DNA from: a virus
IMG/VR virus record: IMGVR_UViG_3300031576_000032
Location: 6,188 to 70,187 of that record
Strand: one strand, 5' to 3'
Length of the DNA: 64,000 nucleotides
Below the pieces are notes generated by a model, which had not been told where the DNA came from, did not search any database, and was given only the letters and a program-made list of their open reading frames with translations. Shown piece after piece: positions 8,711-18,508 of the stretch (within the stretch, counting starts at the first letter, position 1; each line of letters begins with the position of its first letter). The position numbers and the translations under genes were made by a program.

Positions 8711-10171
8711 TTATATTCCATAGTATCTATCCGATTGCGCAGACATCAGGAAAAGGTTTTCCCGCGCCCGCGTCGCCCCGACGTAGAATACACGGGCCTC
8801 GGCGTCGGGGTTTCGGATACATCCCTCTTCCGTCCTAGCCGTTTGATCGACCGTTAAAAGTACGTTATCTGCTTCTCCTCCCTTAACGCCATGGATCGTA
8901 TCGACATGAATCCTCGGCCTCGTCGTGATCCGCTCCCCGCGCCTAAGGATCGCGACGTAGTACGCGCGCTTTCGCGCCGACATCCCATCGAACGCCTCGT
9001 GCCAGATCCTCGGAGCACGCTCCTGAGTAAAGTCTTCGATCCGGTACATCTTCGCATCGTCGACAGACTTGATCGGCCGTCCGAGGGCCTTCGCGACCTT
9101 GTCCGCGTCCGCGCCCCCGACGTGCTCGCCTTTACGGAGTCCTTCGTAAGACCGGATCGTTCGGATATCCTCGACCGACACCGAAGACCCGTCCCGTGTA
9201 GAGTATGGTACCCCCTGGTATTCGCATTCTTCTTCCAGGGGGGATAAGAAGCACCGGTTCCGCGCGAGAAGGTACCACGATCCAGTTGTTAGGTCGACTT
9301 GGCTCGGCGACGCGACGCGCTCAACTCGGCCGTCGGCGTCGCGTTCTTTCCACTTCTTGTCGTACCGTTTCCCGATCCGAGATGCGATTTCGTTCGCTAT
9401 TTTCGCGACGGATCGAGGGACGCGGCGGGACTCAGGAAGAACTTGTAGATCGTCGACGCCGATTGAAAGAAACTGTGCGACGTCCGCGCCCGACCATTCA
9501 TAGATCGCCTGGTCGTCGTCGCCTGCGAAGTAAATCCGTTTCGCGTTTCGGAACGCAACGAATACGACTTTCCATTGCGCGGCGGTAAGGTCCTGCGCTT
9601 CGTCGACGATCGCGACGTCGACGTCTAAGGGATCGTCCTTCCCCGAGAATATCGAAAGCATATCAGCGAAGTCGACGAGCGAATGTGCCTCTTTGTATTT
9701 GTCTAGTGTTTCTTTGAACTGGAGAAGTTCGTACCACGGGACGGGGTCGACGGTCGCCTCCCACGTCTCACGGAGCGATCGGCCCGTCGATCGGGCAAGG
9801 TTCTCGAGAAACAACATCCGGTCCCCGGCGAGCGCAATATCCCCAGCTTCGGACTCAAGATTCCCCGAAATCCGAATCCCGAGAAGCCGACCGATCGCCC
9901 AGATATGGGGCCTACCTAGTACTCTATTTCGAGACAGACCGAGCGCCTGGAAACATGTCGAATGAATCGTCCGGAAGTACGGGAGATCGTTATCGACAAG
10001 GGACAAGTCCTTCTTCGCCCGGTCCCGGGCCTCGGTTACTGCTTTCTTCGTGAACGAAACGAACGCAATCCGGTCCGGGTCCGTCCCGTCTCGGATCTCG
10101 CGCCGGGCGACGTCGATCAATGCGTGCGTCTTTCCCGCGCCGGGACCTCCGAGAATCAACGTCCGCTTCAT
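8711..10171 (-). CDS. UvrD/Rep-like SF1 helicase
   Basis: GGPGAGKT Walker A, SFTKKA, IVDEAQD, GDDDQAIYEWSGA, TIHGVKGGEADNV, YVGATRAR; ATG at 10171. Confidence 0.92.
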   Translation of the reverse strand: MKRTLILGGPGAGKTHALIDVARREIRDGTDPDRIAFVSFTKKAVTEARDRAKKDLSLVDNDLPYFRTIHSTCFQALGLSRNRVLGRPHIWAIGRLLGIRISGNLESEAGDIALAGDRMLFLENLARSTGRSLRETWEATVDPVPWYELLQFKETLDKYKEAHSLVDFADMLSIFSGKDDPLDVDVAIVDEAQDLTAAQWKVVFVAFRNAKRIYFAGDDDQAIYEWSGADVAQFLSIGVDDLQVLPESRRVPRSVAKIANEIASRIGKRYDKKWKERDADGRVERVASPSQVDLTTGSWYLLARNRCFLSPLEEECEYQGVPYSTRDGSSVSVEDIRTIRSYEGLRKGEHVGGADADKVAKALGRPIKSVDDAKMYRIEDFTQERAPRIWHEAFDGMSARKRAYYVAILRRGERITTRPRIHVDTIHGVKGGEADNVLLTVDQTARTEEGCIRNPDAEARVFYVGATRARENLFLMSAQSDRYYGI

Positions 10172-10530
10172 TTTCTCGACTGCCTCGCCCCACAACCACA
10201 CGATCGACGAACAAGTATTTGTGGCCGGGTGTAACGCTTCGACTTTCCGCAGTCGCACGACACGATCCAGAGGGGAGGATATTTGTCCCCGTCCCGGCCG
10301 ACGACGACAAGTTTCCCGAACCGTTTCCCTACGATATCCTTCATTTTCCTTCGGCCCTTATGCGTTTCGGAGTCGCGCCGATCGACCCCCATAATCGACA
10401 GGATCTTGTTGACCGTCGAGTGGGAGATCTTGAATTCGATCGCGATCTTTCGGAGGCTAAGGCCGTTCTCGTACATCTTTCGCATCCTCGGCCCGACCTT
10501 CGAGTAATCGAGAATCCGGTTCCTCCCCAT
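10168..10530 (-). CDS. HTH protein with the N-terminal module of an HNH/AP2-type homing endonuclease; no nuclease domain
   Basis: MYENGLSLRKIAIEFKISHSTV helix-turn-helix; DIVGKRFGKLVV..WIVSCDCG..SCGC then stop. Confidence 0.6.
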   Translation of the reverse strand: MGRNRILDYSKVGPRMRKMYENGLSLRKIAIEFKISHSTVNKILSIMGVDRRDSETHKGRRKMKDIVGKRFGKLVVVGRDGDKYPPLWIVSCDCGKSKRYTRPQILVRRSCGCGARQSRK

Positions 10531-10531
10531 T

Positions 10532-12043
10532 TTAGAAGTCCTCCTTCTTTTCGATCGGGGGCACCCCGAACGGTTCATCTTGCTTCGCCGGGGCCGGTAT
10601 CCCCCAACACCGGACAAATCGACCGTTCACTTTGAACGCCGACGTTTTCGCTTTCGCTTTAACGAGATAGTTCCACGCGTCTCGTGGATGCACCCGAAGT
10701 TTTCGTTTTTCCATGAATGATAATAGGTCGCTCGACCGGAAGTACACGAATCCGTCTTCCTGGAACGGCATCCCCCTGAGAAGATCGGACTTTTCCTTCG
10801 CCGGGGCGCGGTCGACGCAGAACTGTTCCATCATAAATAGAAACTGCCCCGCCGTACTCGCGTCGTCTGGGGCGTGGACTTCCTCGACTTTTTCGAGAAG
10901 CCCCCCGATGATATCGTCCCACGATTCTCGCTTTATTCGTCGTTGCATCTGGTTCGTCTGTTCGACAACGACGTTCACGAACTTGGTCTGGCTCATAAGG
11001 ATTTCGACCTCCCCGAGCCGGACCCGTTTCCCATTGACGTTGATGATCCAAGTCGGCGGGTCTGTAAGGATCTTCGTTAGCCCGTCGAGCGACACGCCGG
11101 GGTCGGTCGACGATCCTGAAATCCCGAACTTCCGCCGGACACACATCGCCCGGTTGCACACCTCAACGATCGGTGAGTCCTTGCACGTGTAAAGGTATTC
11201 CTTCCGACTTAGCGATTTTATCGTCGCTTCAACTTCGGTCCCGGGGAGCGGGGGCTTCATATACTTCCGGTTCAATTCTCCGAGTTTCTCTTGCCATGCG
11301 TCCCCATACCTCTTTTTGCAATATACGCCGAGGTTGAATAACGCTTTGTTTCTTGACCCCTCCGGAAACCCGACTTTTGCGAGATGCTGTAAGCATGGGG
11401 GGCCGCTTTCAAGGTCCGGGTCTTCCGGAACCTTTATCCTCGCGAATGCCTCGACTGTCGTCGCCTTCTCGTCGGCGTAGTCGAGGAACGCGTCCGGCGG
11501 TAGCGGTTCCCCGCCCCGAATCGCATACCGAGTCGTCTCAGCCCCGCCGAAGTACGGCATATTGATCCACGATCCGCAATCATCGTCGCCCGCGAGTTCG
11601 GCCTGTTTCGGGAATATCTCGCTCGACATATACCCGAGGACGACGGCGAACTCCGCAAGCCGGTCCCGGACAAACCCCGCCGGGGCCGGTTCGGAGAAGA
11701 ATAGGTAAAGGTGCGCCCCCTTTGATTTCGTTTGGCAAGGTACCAGGGGGAACCTGGCTTCGACGATTTTCTTCTCTAAGGCCGAAAGGTCTAAGTCGTA
11801 CACGTCAATGTCGATCGCGCCGAATATGCACGTTCCGTCGTCTCGAATAGGAACGATCCCGATTCCTTTCTTTCCCTCAAGATGCGATTCCCAGTGTTTC
11901 GCCGTTGCCTTCTCTTTAATCGTTTGCGCTCGTCCCCCGAGCTTTCCCCGTTTTCCTTCTTTTTTCGTCCCGACGAGATAAGTCCCGTGAGCCCTTTCGA
12001 GCCCACGGAACCTCTCGTAGAAACGATCCGCGATCCCCGCCAC
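10532..12043 (-). CDS. Primase (AEP/prim-pol type with C-terminal PriCT-like domain)
   Basis: GAIDIDVYD, TKSKGAHLYLF, PPCLQ, GSRNKALFNLG; replication-module context. Confidence 0.8.
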   Translation of the reverse strand: MAGIADRFYERFRGLERAHGTYLVGTKKEGKRGKLGGRAQTIKEKATAKHWESHLEGKKGIGIVPIRDDGTCIFGAIDIDVYDLDLSALEKKIVEARFPLVPCQTKSKGAHLYLFFSEPAPAGFVRDRLAEFAVVLGYMSSEIFPKQAELAGDDDCGSWINMPYFGGAETTRYAIRGGEPLPPDAFLDYADEKATTVEAFARIKVPEDPDLESGPPCLQHLAKVGFPEGSRNKALFNLGVYCKKRYGDAWQEKLGELNRKYMKPPLPGTEVEATIKSLSRKEYLYTCKDSPIVEVCNRAMCVRRKFGISGSSTDPGVSLDGLTKILTDPPTWIINVNGKRVRLGEVEILMSQTKFVNVVVEQTNQMQRRIKRESWDDIIGGLLEKVEEVHAPDDASTAGQFLFMMEQFCVDRAPAKEKSDLLRGMPFQEDGFVYFRSSDLLSFMEKRKLRVHPRDAWNYLVKAKAKTSAFKVNGRFVRCWGIPAPAKQDEPFGVPPIEKKEDF

Positions 12044-12055
12044 GGGCCGCAGAAC

Positions 12056-12874
12056 CTAGAACTTATCGGCGTGAACCACTTCTTGCGTATCCGTGGCCTC
12101 GTCGACCCGAATCCGCCCGCCCCGCGCAAGAGCCTGAAGCGCCCGGGCTTCCGCCACGACCGCCTCGTCGCCCTTCCCGAGGACCCGTTCCTTTTCGATC
12201 TTGACGCCGTGCCAGGACCCCTTATCGTTCGACTCGGCGACCGTCGTGATCCGCCACGCGTGCGCGAACGTCGGCGGGCAGAACGGCTTCCCATTCTTCC
12301 CTTCGAACCGAATCATTGACATCGCCGTCACCCAGTTCCGGGACTTCTTGATCTGGGTCGATGTAAGCGAAAGAACGATATTCCGCCGCCCGTCAGGGGT
12401 CAACTGAATGCAGTAGTGGTACCTCGTATCCGCGAGGTAGTTGTCCCCCTTCTGAAACCGCCCCGAATCGTCCCGCTCCAAATCGGCGAGGTTGATCTCA
12501 TCGGGCCGGTACGATCCCTTGAATCCCCCGCCGTCGTCGCGCTGACCCCATTCGACGTATTTCCTCTCGAAGTGTACCGGAACGAGAACGACGCCTTTCT
12601 TTCCGTCGTACACTTCCCCCGTCGCCCCGTTCAGGAAGTCCCCGGCCGACGCGCCCTTGATGTACTTGTCCGAGTCGCGGTCGACCTGGGGCGACATCTT
12701 CTGGAGAAGCGTCAAAAACGGCTGGGCGTAACAATCCTGATCCGCCCCTTCGAGCCCCGCGCCCGCGTCGCGCTCGAACGACAACACGTCCGTCGACGGG
12801 ACGCCCTTATCTGCTGCCTTCGAAACCGCCCTCGAGTCGTTTTTCGGAGACGGCTTCTTCGCTGCCTGGGCCAT
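12056..12874 (-). CDS. Conserved phage replication protein, probable ssDNA-binding protein
   Basis: PFLTLLQKMSPQV..YVEW..GGGFKG..STQIKKSRNW..NDKGSW pattern; position next to primase; function inferred. Confidence 0.5.
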   Translation of the reverse strand: MAQAAKKPSPKNDSRAVSKAADKGVPSTDVLSFERDAGAGLEGADQDCYAQPFLTLLQKMSPQVDRDSDKYIKGASAGDFLNGATGEVYDGKKGVVLVPVHFERKYVEWGQRDDGGGFKGSYRPDEINLADLERDDSGRFQKGDNYLADTRYHYCIQLTPDGRRNIVLSLTSTQIKKSRNWVTAMSMIRFEGKNGKPFCPPTFAHAWRITTVAESNDKGSWHGVKIEKERVLGKGDEAVVAEARALQALARGGRIRVDEATDTQEVVHADKF

Positions 12875-12897
12875 GTTTCTTTCTCCTTTTGTTTGGG

Positions 12898-13461
12898 TTA
12901 CTTCTTCGGCTGCGTGATGATCGATTCGTCGTACTGAAACACCCCGAGGAGTTCCATCGGGAGGACCGTCCCGTCCGCAAGTTGCTCACGAACGAACGCC
13001 GATAGCGTCTGCCCGTGGACGGACTCTTTCCGGTCGTGAACGATCCCTTTCTTCTCGAGTTCCTTGTCAAGGATCTTCGCGGCGGACTCTTCCCCGCGAC
13101 CGAACTTCGCGACGACCTCCATCTTGATTAGCGACCCGTGGCCGTTCTTCCGGAGCCAGGCGAACGCTTTTTCCTTCCGGTCCTCGGAAATTGACGCCTT
13201 AACCGTTTTCTTGATGTCGATCTTCGCCCCGTTCTTCAGGGTAAACGAGTCGACCCCGGCCTCGAACATCAACGACGGAAGGACCTCCGTCCGGATAATC
13301 CGGAGCACCGCGTTTGCCTCGTCGAGCTTCTCCGACAGCGTCGAGACTTCGTCCTCGGCCGCGAGCTGCGCAACGGCGATCGTCGCAAGTCGCCCGAGGA
13401 GTTCTTCTGTCACCCCGACCGACCGATCTTCTTCGAAGTCGAGTGCGGACTTCTTCGCCAT
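12898..13461 (-). CDS. Conserved phage hypothetical protein (replication module)
   Basis: AFAWLRKNGHGSLIK and VHGQTLSAFVREQ; GGGGA RBS before ATG 13461. Confidence 0.6.
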   Translation of the reverse strand: MAKKSALDFEEDRSVGVTEELLGRLATIAVAQLAAEDEVSTLSEKLDEANAVLRIIRTEVLPSLMFEAGVDSFTLKNGAKIDIKKTVKASISEDRKEKAFAWLRKNGHGSLIKMEVVAKFGRGEESAAKILDKELEKKGIVHDRKESVHGQTLSAFVREQLADGTVLPMELLGVFQYDESIITQPKK

Positions 13462-13463
13462 AG

Positions 13464-14276
13464 TTATTTCCCCTTTCCAATCGCTTCTCGAGCGATCCGT
13501 TTCGTGTCCGGCGCGAAGTCGGTCTTCGGCCCGGCGACCCATTCAAGCCACCCCTGGTCCTCCTTAACGACGACCGAAAGAAGTTTCCCGTTGTGTTTTC
13601 CGAACCCAACGACGGTTTCCCCTGCGCCGTTTTTCTTAAACTTCCCGTCGACGTCAACCCGGTCCGACGGAAACATCTCGGCAATCGACCGAGGGATCAG
13701 GGGGATATCGGGGTAAGCTTTCAGTTGTCCCCGAAGAACCTCAAGTGTCGCCCGCGCGTCATCAATCGCCGAGTGGGTCTTCCCTGGATATTCGGGGCCG
13801 ACGTACCGCGCGTGAGCGGCTTCGAGAGTCCTCGGCTCGCGCGTCCGGAAAATCGTGAATGCGTCGATAAACCGAGTCGCCGCAGCCCAGTCGTGGAACC
13901 ACTCGGAGTGCCCGATCCGCCGGTATTCGGCCGATAGCACCGGGATATCGAATGAAATCAGGTTGTACCCGACGACGTCGGCTCCAGACACGAGGTCGGT
14001 TAAGTCCGCGGCGACGTCGACGAACCTCGGAAGGTCCCGAATATCGTCGTCGGAAATCCCATGAGCTTTCGTCGCGCCCGGTTCAATCGGCACCATTGGA
14101 TCGATGCGTTGGCAGAATTCGATCGGGTCGCCGTTAGGAAAGATCCCATAGATTCCAATTTCGACGATCCGCGCGTCCCAAGGCCGCGCCGACGTCGTCT
14201 CGAGATCAAGCGATAAAAGCGGCCGATCGAGGACGAACGGCCACGGATTCTCGGGTTTCGGTTTCCGGGGGGTCAC
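13464..14276 (-). CDS. DEDDh 3'-5' exonuclease (DnaQ/exonuclease X-like)
   Basis: SLDLETT, GYNLISFDIPVL, HSAIDDA, C-terminal FGKHNGK; GTG start. Confidence 0.88.
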   Translation of the reverse strand: MTPRKPKPENPWPFVLDRPLLSLDLETTSARPWDARIVEIGIYGIFPNGDPIEFCQRIDPMVPIEPGATKAHGISDDDIRDLPRFVDVAADLTDLVSGADVVGYNLISFDIPVLSAEYRRIGHSEWFHDWAAATRFIDAFTIFRTREPRTLEAAHARYVGPEYPGKTHSAIDDARATLEVLRGQLKAYPDIPLIPRSIAEMFPSDRVDVDGKFKKNGAGETVVGFGKHNGKLLSVVVKEDQGWLEWVAGPKTDFAPDTKRIAREAIGKGK

Positions 14277-14383
14277 ATGTTCCTCGCGGCGAGCGCGACG
14301 ACGATCGCGGCGGCAACGGTGAACACGACCCACCACTTATCTTCATCGACGCGACGAACGAGAAGCCGGAACTTCTTTTTCAC
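14273..14383 (-). CDS. 36-aa single-TM peptide (below ORF-track cutoff)
   Basis: MKKKFRLLVRRVDEDKWWVVFTVAAAIVVALAARNM; GTGA overlaps at both ends. Confidence 0.5.
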   Translation of the reverse strand: MKKKFRLLVRRVDEDKWWVVFTVAAAIVVALAARNM

Positions 14384-14538
14384 TGGTGGCTCCCACTCGA
14401 GACGATAAGAACGAGGTTCTCTCTTCCCGAGAAATTCTGGATTACGACGTCGATGACCTTTCCGTTTGACGTAGTTACTTCCAGGTCGTCGTTGAGTTCT
14501 TCCTTCTCGAGAAGCTTCTTGAAATCTCGGAGCCTCAT
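14380..14538 (-). CDS. Small hypothetical protein
   Basis: GGAGG RBS and ATG just downstream of a promoter. Confidence 0.55.
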   Translation of the reverse strand: MRLRDFKKLLEKEELNDDLEVTTSNGKVIDVVIQNFSGRENLVLIVSSGSHQ

Positions 14539-14572
14539 CGTTTTCCTCCTTATCCCGTTATCTCCGAATCGG

Positions 14573-14602
14573 ATCGTACGATCTTTCGACCGCACCTGTA
14601 AA
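14573..14602 (-). promoter_or_regulatory. Sigma70-like promoter for replication genes
   Basis: TTTACA-N18-TACGAT. Confidence 0.65.
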
Positions 14603-14640
14603 CATCTATTTTACATAACGGCTTTTCCTACTATAATTGG

Positions 14641-14931
14641 TCACTTCTCTCCCGCCCTGATCTTGTCGGCTATGGCGCGGATTTCCGCAGCTAACCCTGG
14701 AACCGTCTCCCACCAATAGGTAGGCACTGCATCAATGTCAGTCGGATCGTATTGGTCTACCACCTTCGCCGCCATTTCCAGCCCTTCGATCCGCGCGGCA
14801 TCGATGGCGGCGATTGCAACAGCGACGCAGATGTCGCACTCGGCTGCGACTGGTCGATTGTGTTCGTGCGCAGCGATAGAGGCGATTATCAAGCGCGCTT
14901 TCTCCTTCGCCCACTTGCTCGGCTCGCTCAT
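14641..14931 (-). CDS. Hypothetical protein
   Basis: ATGA-coupled ORF in small-gene array. Confidence 0.55.
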   Translation of the reverse strand: MSEPSKWAKEKARLIIASIAAHEHNRPVAAECDICVAVAIAAIDAARIEGLEMAAKVVDQYDPTDIDAVPTYWWETVPGLAAEIRAIADKIRAGEK

Positions 14932-15206
14932 CTCTCGACCTCGATTCCGTGGCGGGAGAGGATTTTAAGCATCGATTCGAGCGTGTTCTTGTAGATCGCC
15001 TCACGCAATTCGACGGCGGCGCTCGCTGGTAGCGCGCGAGGCGCGCGGATGTTCCAGATATAGACAGGCCAGCGTGCGTTTTTTGCAAGGCCAAGGCAGC
15101 CGCACCACGGGCGCACGAAACCGTTGTTCAGGTACGGCATCCCGCCGCAAAACGGACAGCCCAAAACTTGCGGCGCATCCGCCTTCAGATCGCTCGGCTC
15201 GGTCAT
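14928..15206 (-). CDS. Lar-like (restriction alleviation) Zn-ribbon protein
   Basis: GCPFCGG..WCGC..WNIRA pattern typical of Lar-family proteins. Confidence 0.5.
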   Translation of the reverse strand: MTEPSDLKADAPQVLGCPFCGGMPYLNNGFVRPWCGCLGLAKNARWPVYIWNIRAPRALPASAAVELREAIYKNTLESMLKILSRHGIEVER

Positions 15207-15451
15207 GTTTGGAGGCTCTTGAGTATGTCCATGCGCTCCTTCTCGACCTTTTTTAGATCGATACCGAAGAATCGCGCTAGTATCGATTCGCGCGAATCTA
15301 AGATCGGATCGGGCCAGGTCCGATTCTTCCCGTACGCGGCGAGTACGATACCCTGCTCGTCTAGCCATTCCAAAAACTCGCCGATTAGTTGTGAGCGCGG
15401 CGCCGCCTCACTAAGCCGCTCACACTCTGGGTACTTGCTCGGCTTGGTCAT
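15203..15451 (-). CDS. Hypothetical protein
   Basis: GGAG RBS, ATGA coupling; SQLIGEFLEWL..LARFFGIDLKKVEKE. Confidence 0.6.
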   Translation of the reverse strand: MTKPSKYPECERLSEAAPRSQLIGEFLEWLDEQGIVLAAYGKNRTWPDPILDSRESILARFFGIDLKKVEKERMDILKSLQT

Positions 15452-15720
15452 GTTGTCTCCTTTCTGGCGGCCAACCAGTCGCGCGCCTCGTTGATGTAGC
15501 ATCCTGGTCCATGCTCAGCGTGCGATTCCTCGGCTGTCTCGACGACGCCAGAGAGAATACGGATCGCTTCGTTCAAGTCCTCCATCGCCTCCCGGTCCAC
15601 GGTGAGGATGGTGTCGGCGATAATGGAGCGCCTCCTGTCTGCGGCCGTCTCCTCCGGCCACTCAAACTTGCTGACAACGCTCGCGGCAATCTCCATCGCC
15701 CGCTCTCTACTCAGCGGCAT
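15448..15720 (-). CDS. Hypothetical protein
   Basis: Coupled ORF in array. Confidence 0.5.
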   Translation of the reverse strand: MPLSRERAMEIAASVVSKFEWPEETAADRRRSIIADTILTVDREAMEDLNEAIRILSGVVETAEESHAEHGPGCYINEARDWLAARKETT

Positions 15721-15931
15721 TTCTGGCCTTTCGCACAAACTCTAGCAGGCCTTCCTCGTTGTTCCGCCATGAGTCCCACCATTCGATCACACACATCGCC
15801 CCGGCCTCAGTCTTGGCGCGGCACACGGCCTTCATTTCGGCGATGATCGCCGCACGGCGCGGGTCGAGCCGGTCGCTCGCGACCGGATCGTCTGGACACA
15901 AACGCGAGTAGAGTTTCAGGTACTTGCTCAC
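15707..15931 (-). CDS. Hypothetical protein
   Basis: GAGG RBS, GTG start. Confidence 0.5.
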   Translation of the reverse strand: MSKYLKLYSRLCPDDPVASDRLDPRRAAIIAEMKAVCRAKTEAGAMCVIEWWDSWRNNEEGLLEFVRKARNAAE

Positions 15932-16240
15932 TTACCTCTTTCCTTATTCTTACAGATGGACACCACTTCGACCGTCTCCATGCGCATCGTGCGTCGTCGA
16001 ATCTTCCGGCGAGGGCGGCTCACTTGGGTTTGGCCTCGGCTGCGACGCGCTCTTGCTCCCGCGCCGCCGCGACGAATCCGAAACCGCCAGCCCGTAGAGC
16101 CTTCTTCTGCTTGAACGGAACCCATCGCTCCCACTCGACGACGCCGTTGACAAGAACGCGGTACTGAACGCCAGCTTCGCGAACGTCCGTTGTCATCGTG
16201 ACGCCATGATCCGTGCGTTCTACGATCCGCCTCGCCCGGC

Positions 16241-16618
16241 TCACTTGTGGTCGCTCGGCGGTTGGGGGCCAAGTAACACGCGCATCCGTTCCAGCAACTC
16301 GACAATGCGCTCGCACTTGTCCTCCGACAGGCGTCCCGACTTCACGAGCGCCGATAGCCACTGACCGCACTCGTCTAGCATCTTCTCGGCCTCCATCCCT
16401 CTCTCCGCCGACTCGATCAGCGCAGCGGCGGAGTTGTGGAGCGAGACGGCGCAATCAGCGTCCTCGATCCGATCGAACATGTCGATAAGCCTTTCATTCG
16501 AGTAGATCGTGCGCCCAACCTTACGACCAATGCGACGCTCGCCGTCAGTCCCAGCCTTCAGCTTCGCCTTGAGATCGGCGAGGAGGGTTAGGAAGGATTG
16601 GTTTGTGGTGCTAGTCAT
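16241..16618 (-). CDS. Hypothetical protein
   Basis: ATGA coupling; RIGRKVGRTIY motif. Confidence 0.55.
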   Translation of the reverse strand: MTSTTNQSFLTLLADLKAKLKAGTDGERRIGRKVGRTIYSNERLIDMFDRIEDADCAVSLHNSAAALIESAERGMEAEKMLDECGQWLSALVKSGRLSEDKCERIVELLERMRVLLGPQPPSDHK

Positions 16619-16860
16619 CGTGTCACATCCTTCCCATCTCGCCCAGTTATCTCGACCCATCCTCTTCTCCCTTCCAGGAAGTCTTTGTCGTTCGCGTTAA
16701 CAACAAGAACACTCCCGATCTCAAGACTAGTCTCAATGTGGAAATGGTCTTTCCCGTGTAATTCCGAAGGACTCCACACTTCGACGTTCTCAGAGATATG
16801 CCCAACCGATTCATCACCGACAAACTGAAAGGATCGAAATACCAGGGAAACCGCTTTCAT
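16615..16860 (-). CDS. Hypothetical protein
   Basis: ATGA coupling at both ends. Confidence 0.5.
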   Translation of the reverse strand: MKAVSLVFRSFQFVGDESVGHISENVEVWSPSELHGKDHFHIETSLEIGSVLVVNANDKDFLEGRRGWVEITGRDGKDVTR

Positions 16861-17021
16861 CTTCCGCTTCCAACTTCCATCGCAATATAGGAGAGAAAGA
16901 ATAGAACTGAAGCTTTCCAAGCACGGTCTTCCTGAAAAATTAACCAAACACCAAAACAAAAGGAACCTGCTAACCCATGAATGACGAACGATAAATCGAG
17001 AATAAATCGGGGAGAAATCAT
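16857..17021 (-). CDS. Small two-TM membrane protein
   Basis: Two hydrophobic stretches; ATGA overlap with helicase stop. Confidence 0.5.
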   Translation of the reverse strand: MISPRFILDLSFVIHGLAGSFCFGVWLIFQEDRAWKASVLFFLSYIAMEVGSGR

Positions 17022-18508
17022 GGCTTCATCACCGCGTCCGCTAGCGACTTCGCCCCGAGAAGAACGTCTCGGATTCTTTCGTCGACCGTCCCGGCGCACT
17101 CGAGATCGACGTACGTCACGGAATGCTTCGTCCCGATCCGGTGCGCGCGGTCCTCGGACTGATACCGCTGCTCGTAGCTGAACGTGTTCGAGTAATAGAA
17201 CACCGTCTCCGCCGCGGTTAGGGTGACGCCGATTCCGGATTGTTGTTGCCCGACGAGGAACCGGACGCGGACGTCTTCCTGGAACGCCTGAACGTTGAAG
17301 TCTCGTTTATCCCCTACAATCCCTCCATGAAGTTCGACAACGGCCTCGCTTCCAAACTTCTCTTTAAGCCCGACCGTTATCGCTTCAATCTCCGTCCGGA
17401 ACCGAGCCCAGATAATCGCTTTCCCGGGATAGTCCTCAGATACAAGATCGATCAGCGCGTCAAGTTTCGGGTTTCCCCCTGGAACGGGCTTAACTTCGAT
17501 CTTTCCAGGGGTATACGCGACTTCGATCGCGTCGAGATCGACTTCGCCTTCTTGGATCGTGACGGTCGCCGGGACGAACCCTCCGAGAATTTGCTGGCAC
17601 CGAAGGAGCCGGACGATTTGAAGGTTAGCAAGAACTTCGAACGAGTCGAAGACGATTTCCCCGTCCTTCATAAGGTCGGCGTACATCTTCTTCTGTTCCG
17701 GCGTCATCTCAACGGCGACCCGTTGGTAGATCTTGTCGGGGATATCGAGACATTCGGCTTTCGTTTTCCGGTAAGAGTGATTCTGAATCTTCGACTTCAG
17801 TTCGTCGAGGCGGACGTACTTAACGAGTTCCTCGTAGGCTCTCGAAGCGCCCGCGGCCCGCGTGTACTGTTTCTCGAACACTCCGTACTGGTGTTTGAAC
17901 CCGTAGAACGACGTAAAACCGAGCACCGACGGGTCTAGGAATCGAAACTGAGCGAACAAGTCAAACGGCGTCTGCGTAACCGGGGTCCCGGTCATCGCGC
18001 GCCGGAACTTCGCGCGCTTCCCTAATAGGATCACCCGGCGCGTACGCTGCGACGTCGGGTTTTTGATTCGGCTCGACTCGTCGACGACCATCAGCGACTT
18101 TCGCTCGAGGAGGAACTTCTCGGCGGCGTCGAACGCTTGGCCCCGGTTTGAAAACGCTTCGACATTAATACAGAATATCGCGAGGTCCTTCGACTTTAGG
18201 AGTTCTTTCCAAGCCTTCCGCCAACGGTCCGTTTTCGCTTTCCCGGGGTCCCACTCGAGAACTTTGTAATCGCACCCAAGATGAATAGGGATCTCGACCC
18301 GGGGCCAGTTCCGATACACGACTTTCGGCGCGACGACGAGGACCCCATCGATACGGCCGGCAGCGAATAGAAGCCCGGCGGTGTCTAGAGCGATCTTCGT
18401 TTTACCGAGACCTTGTTCGAGAAAAATCCCGAACGCCTTTCGATCCCACGAAAGGTTTAAGCACTCGGTTTGATGGTCGTAGGATTTCGTTTTCTGTTTG
18501 TATTTCAC
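17018..18508 (-). CDS. SNF2-family (SF2) helicase
   Basis: EQGLGKT, VVDESSRIKN, MTGTPV, GIGVTLTAA, QSEDRAHRIG. Confidence 0.93.
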   Translation of the reverse strand: MKYKQKTKSYDHQTECLNLSWDRKAFGIFLEQGLGKTKIALDTAGLLFAAGRIDGVLVVAPKVVYRNWPRVEIPIHLGCDYKVLEWDPGKAKTDRWRKAWKELLKSKDLAIFCINVEAFSNRGQAFDAAEKFLLERKSLMVVDESSRIKNPTSQRTRRVILLGKRAKFRRAMTGTPVTQTPFDLFAQFRFLDPSVLGFTSFYGFKHQYGVFEKQYTRAAGASRAYEELVKYVRLDELKSKIQNHSYRKTKAECLDIPDKIYQRVAVEMTPEQKKMYADLMKDGEIVFDSFEVLANLQIVRLLRCQQILGGFVPATVTIQEGEVDLDAIEVAYTPGKIEVKPVPGGNPKLDALIDLVSEDYPGKAIIWARFRTEIEAITVGLKEKFGSEAVVELHGGIVGDKRDFNVQAFQEDVRVRFLVGQQQSGIGVTLTAAETVFYYSNTFSYEQRYQSEDRAHRIGTKHSVTYVDLECAGTVDERIRDVLLGAKSLADAVMKP

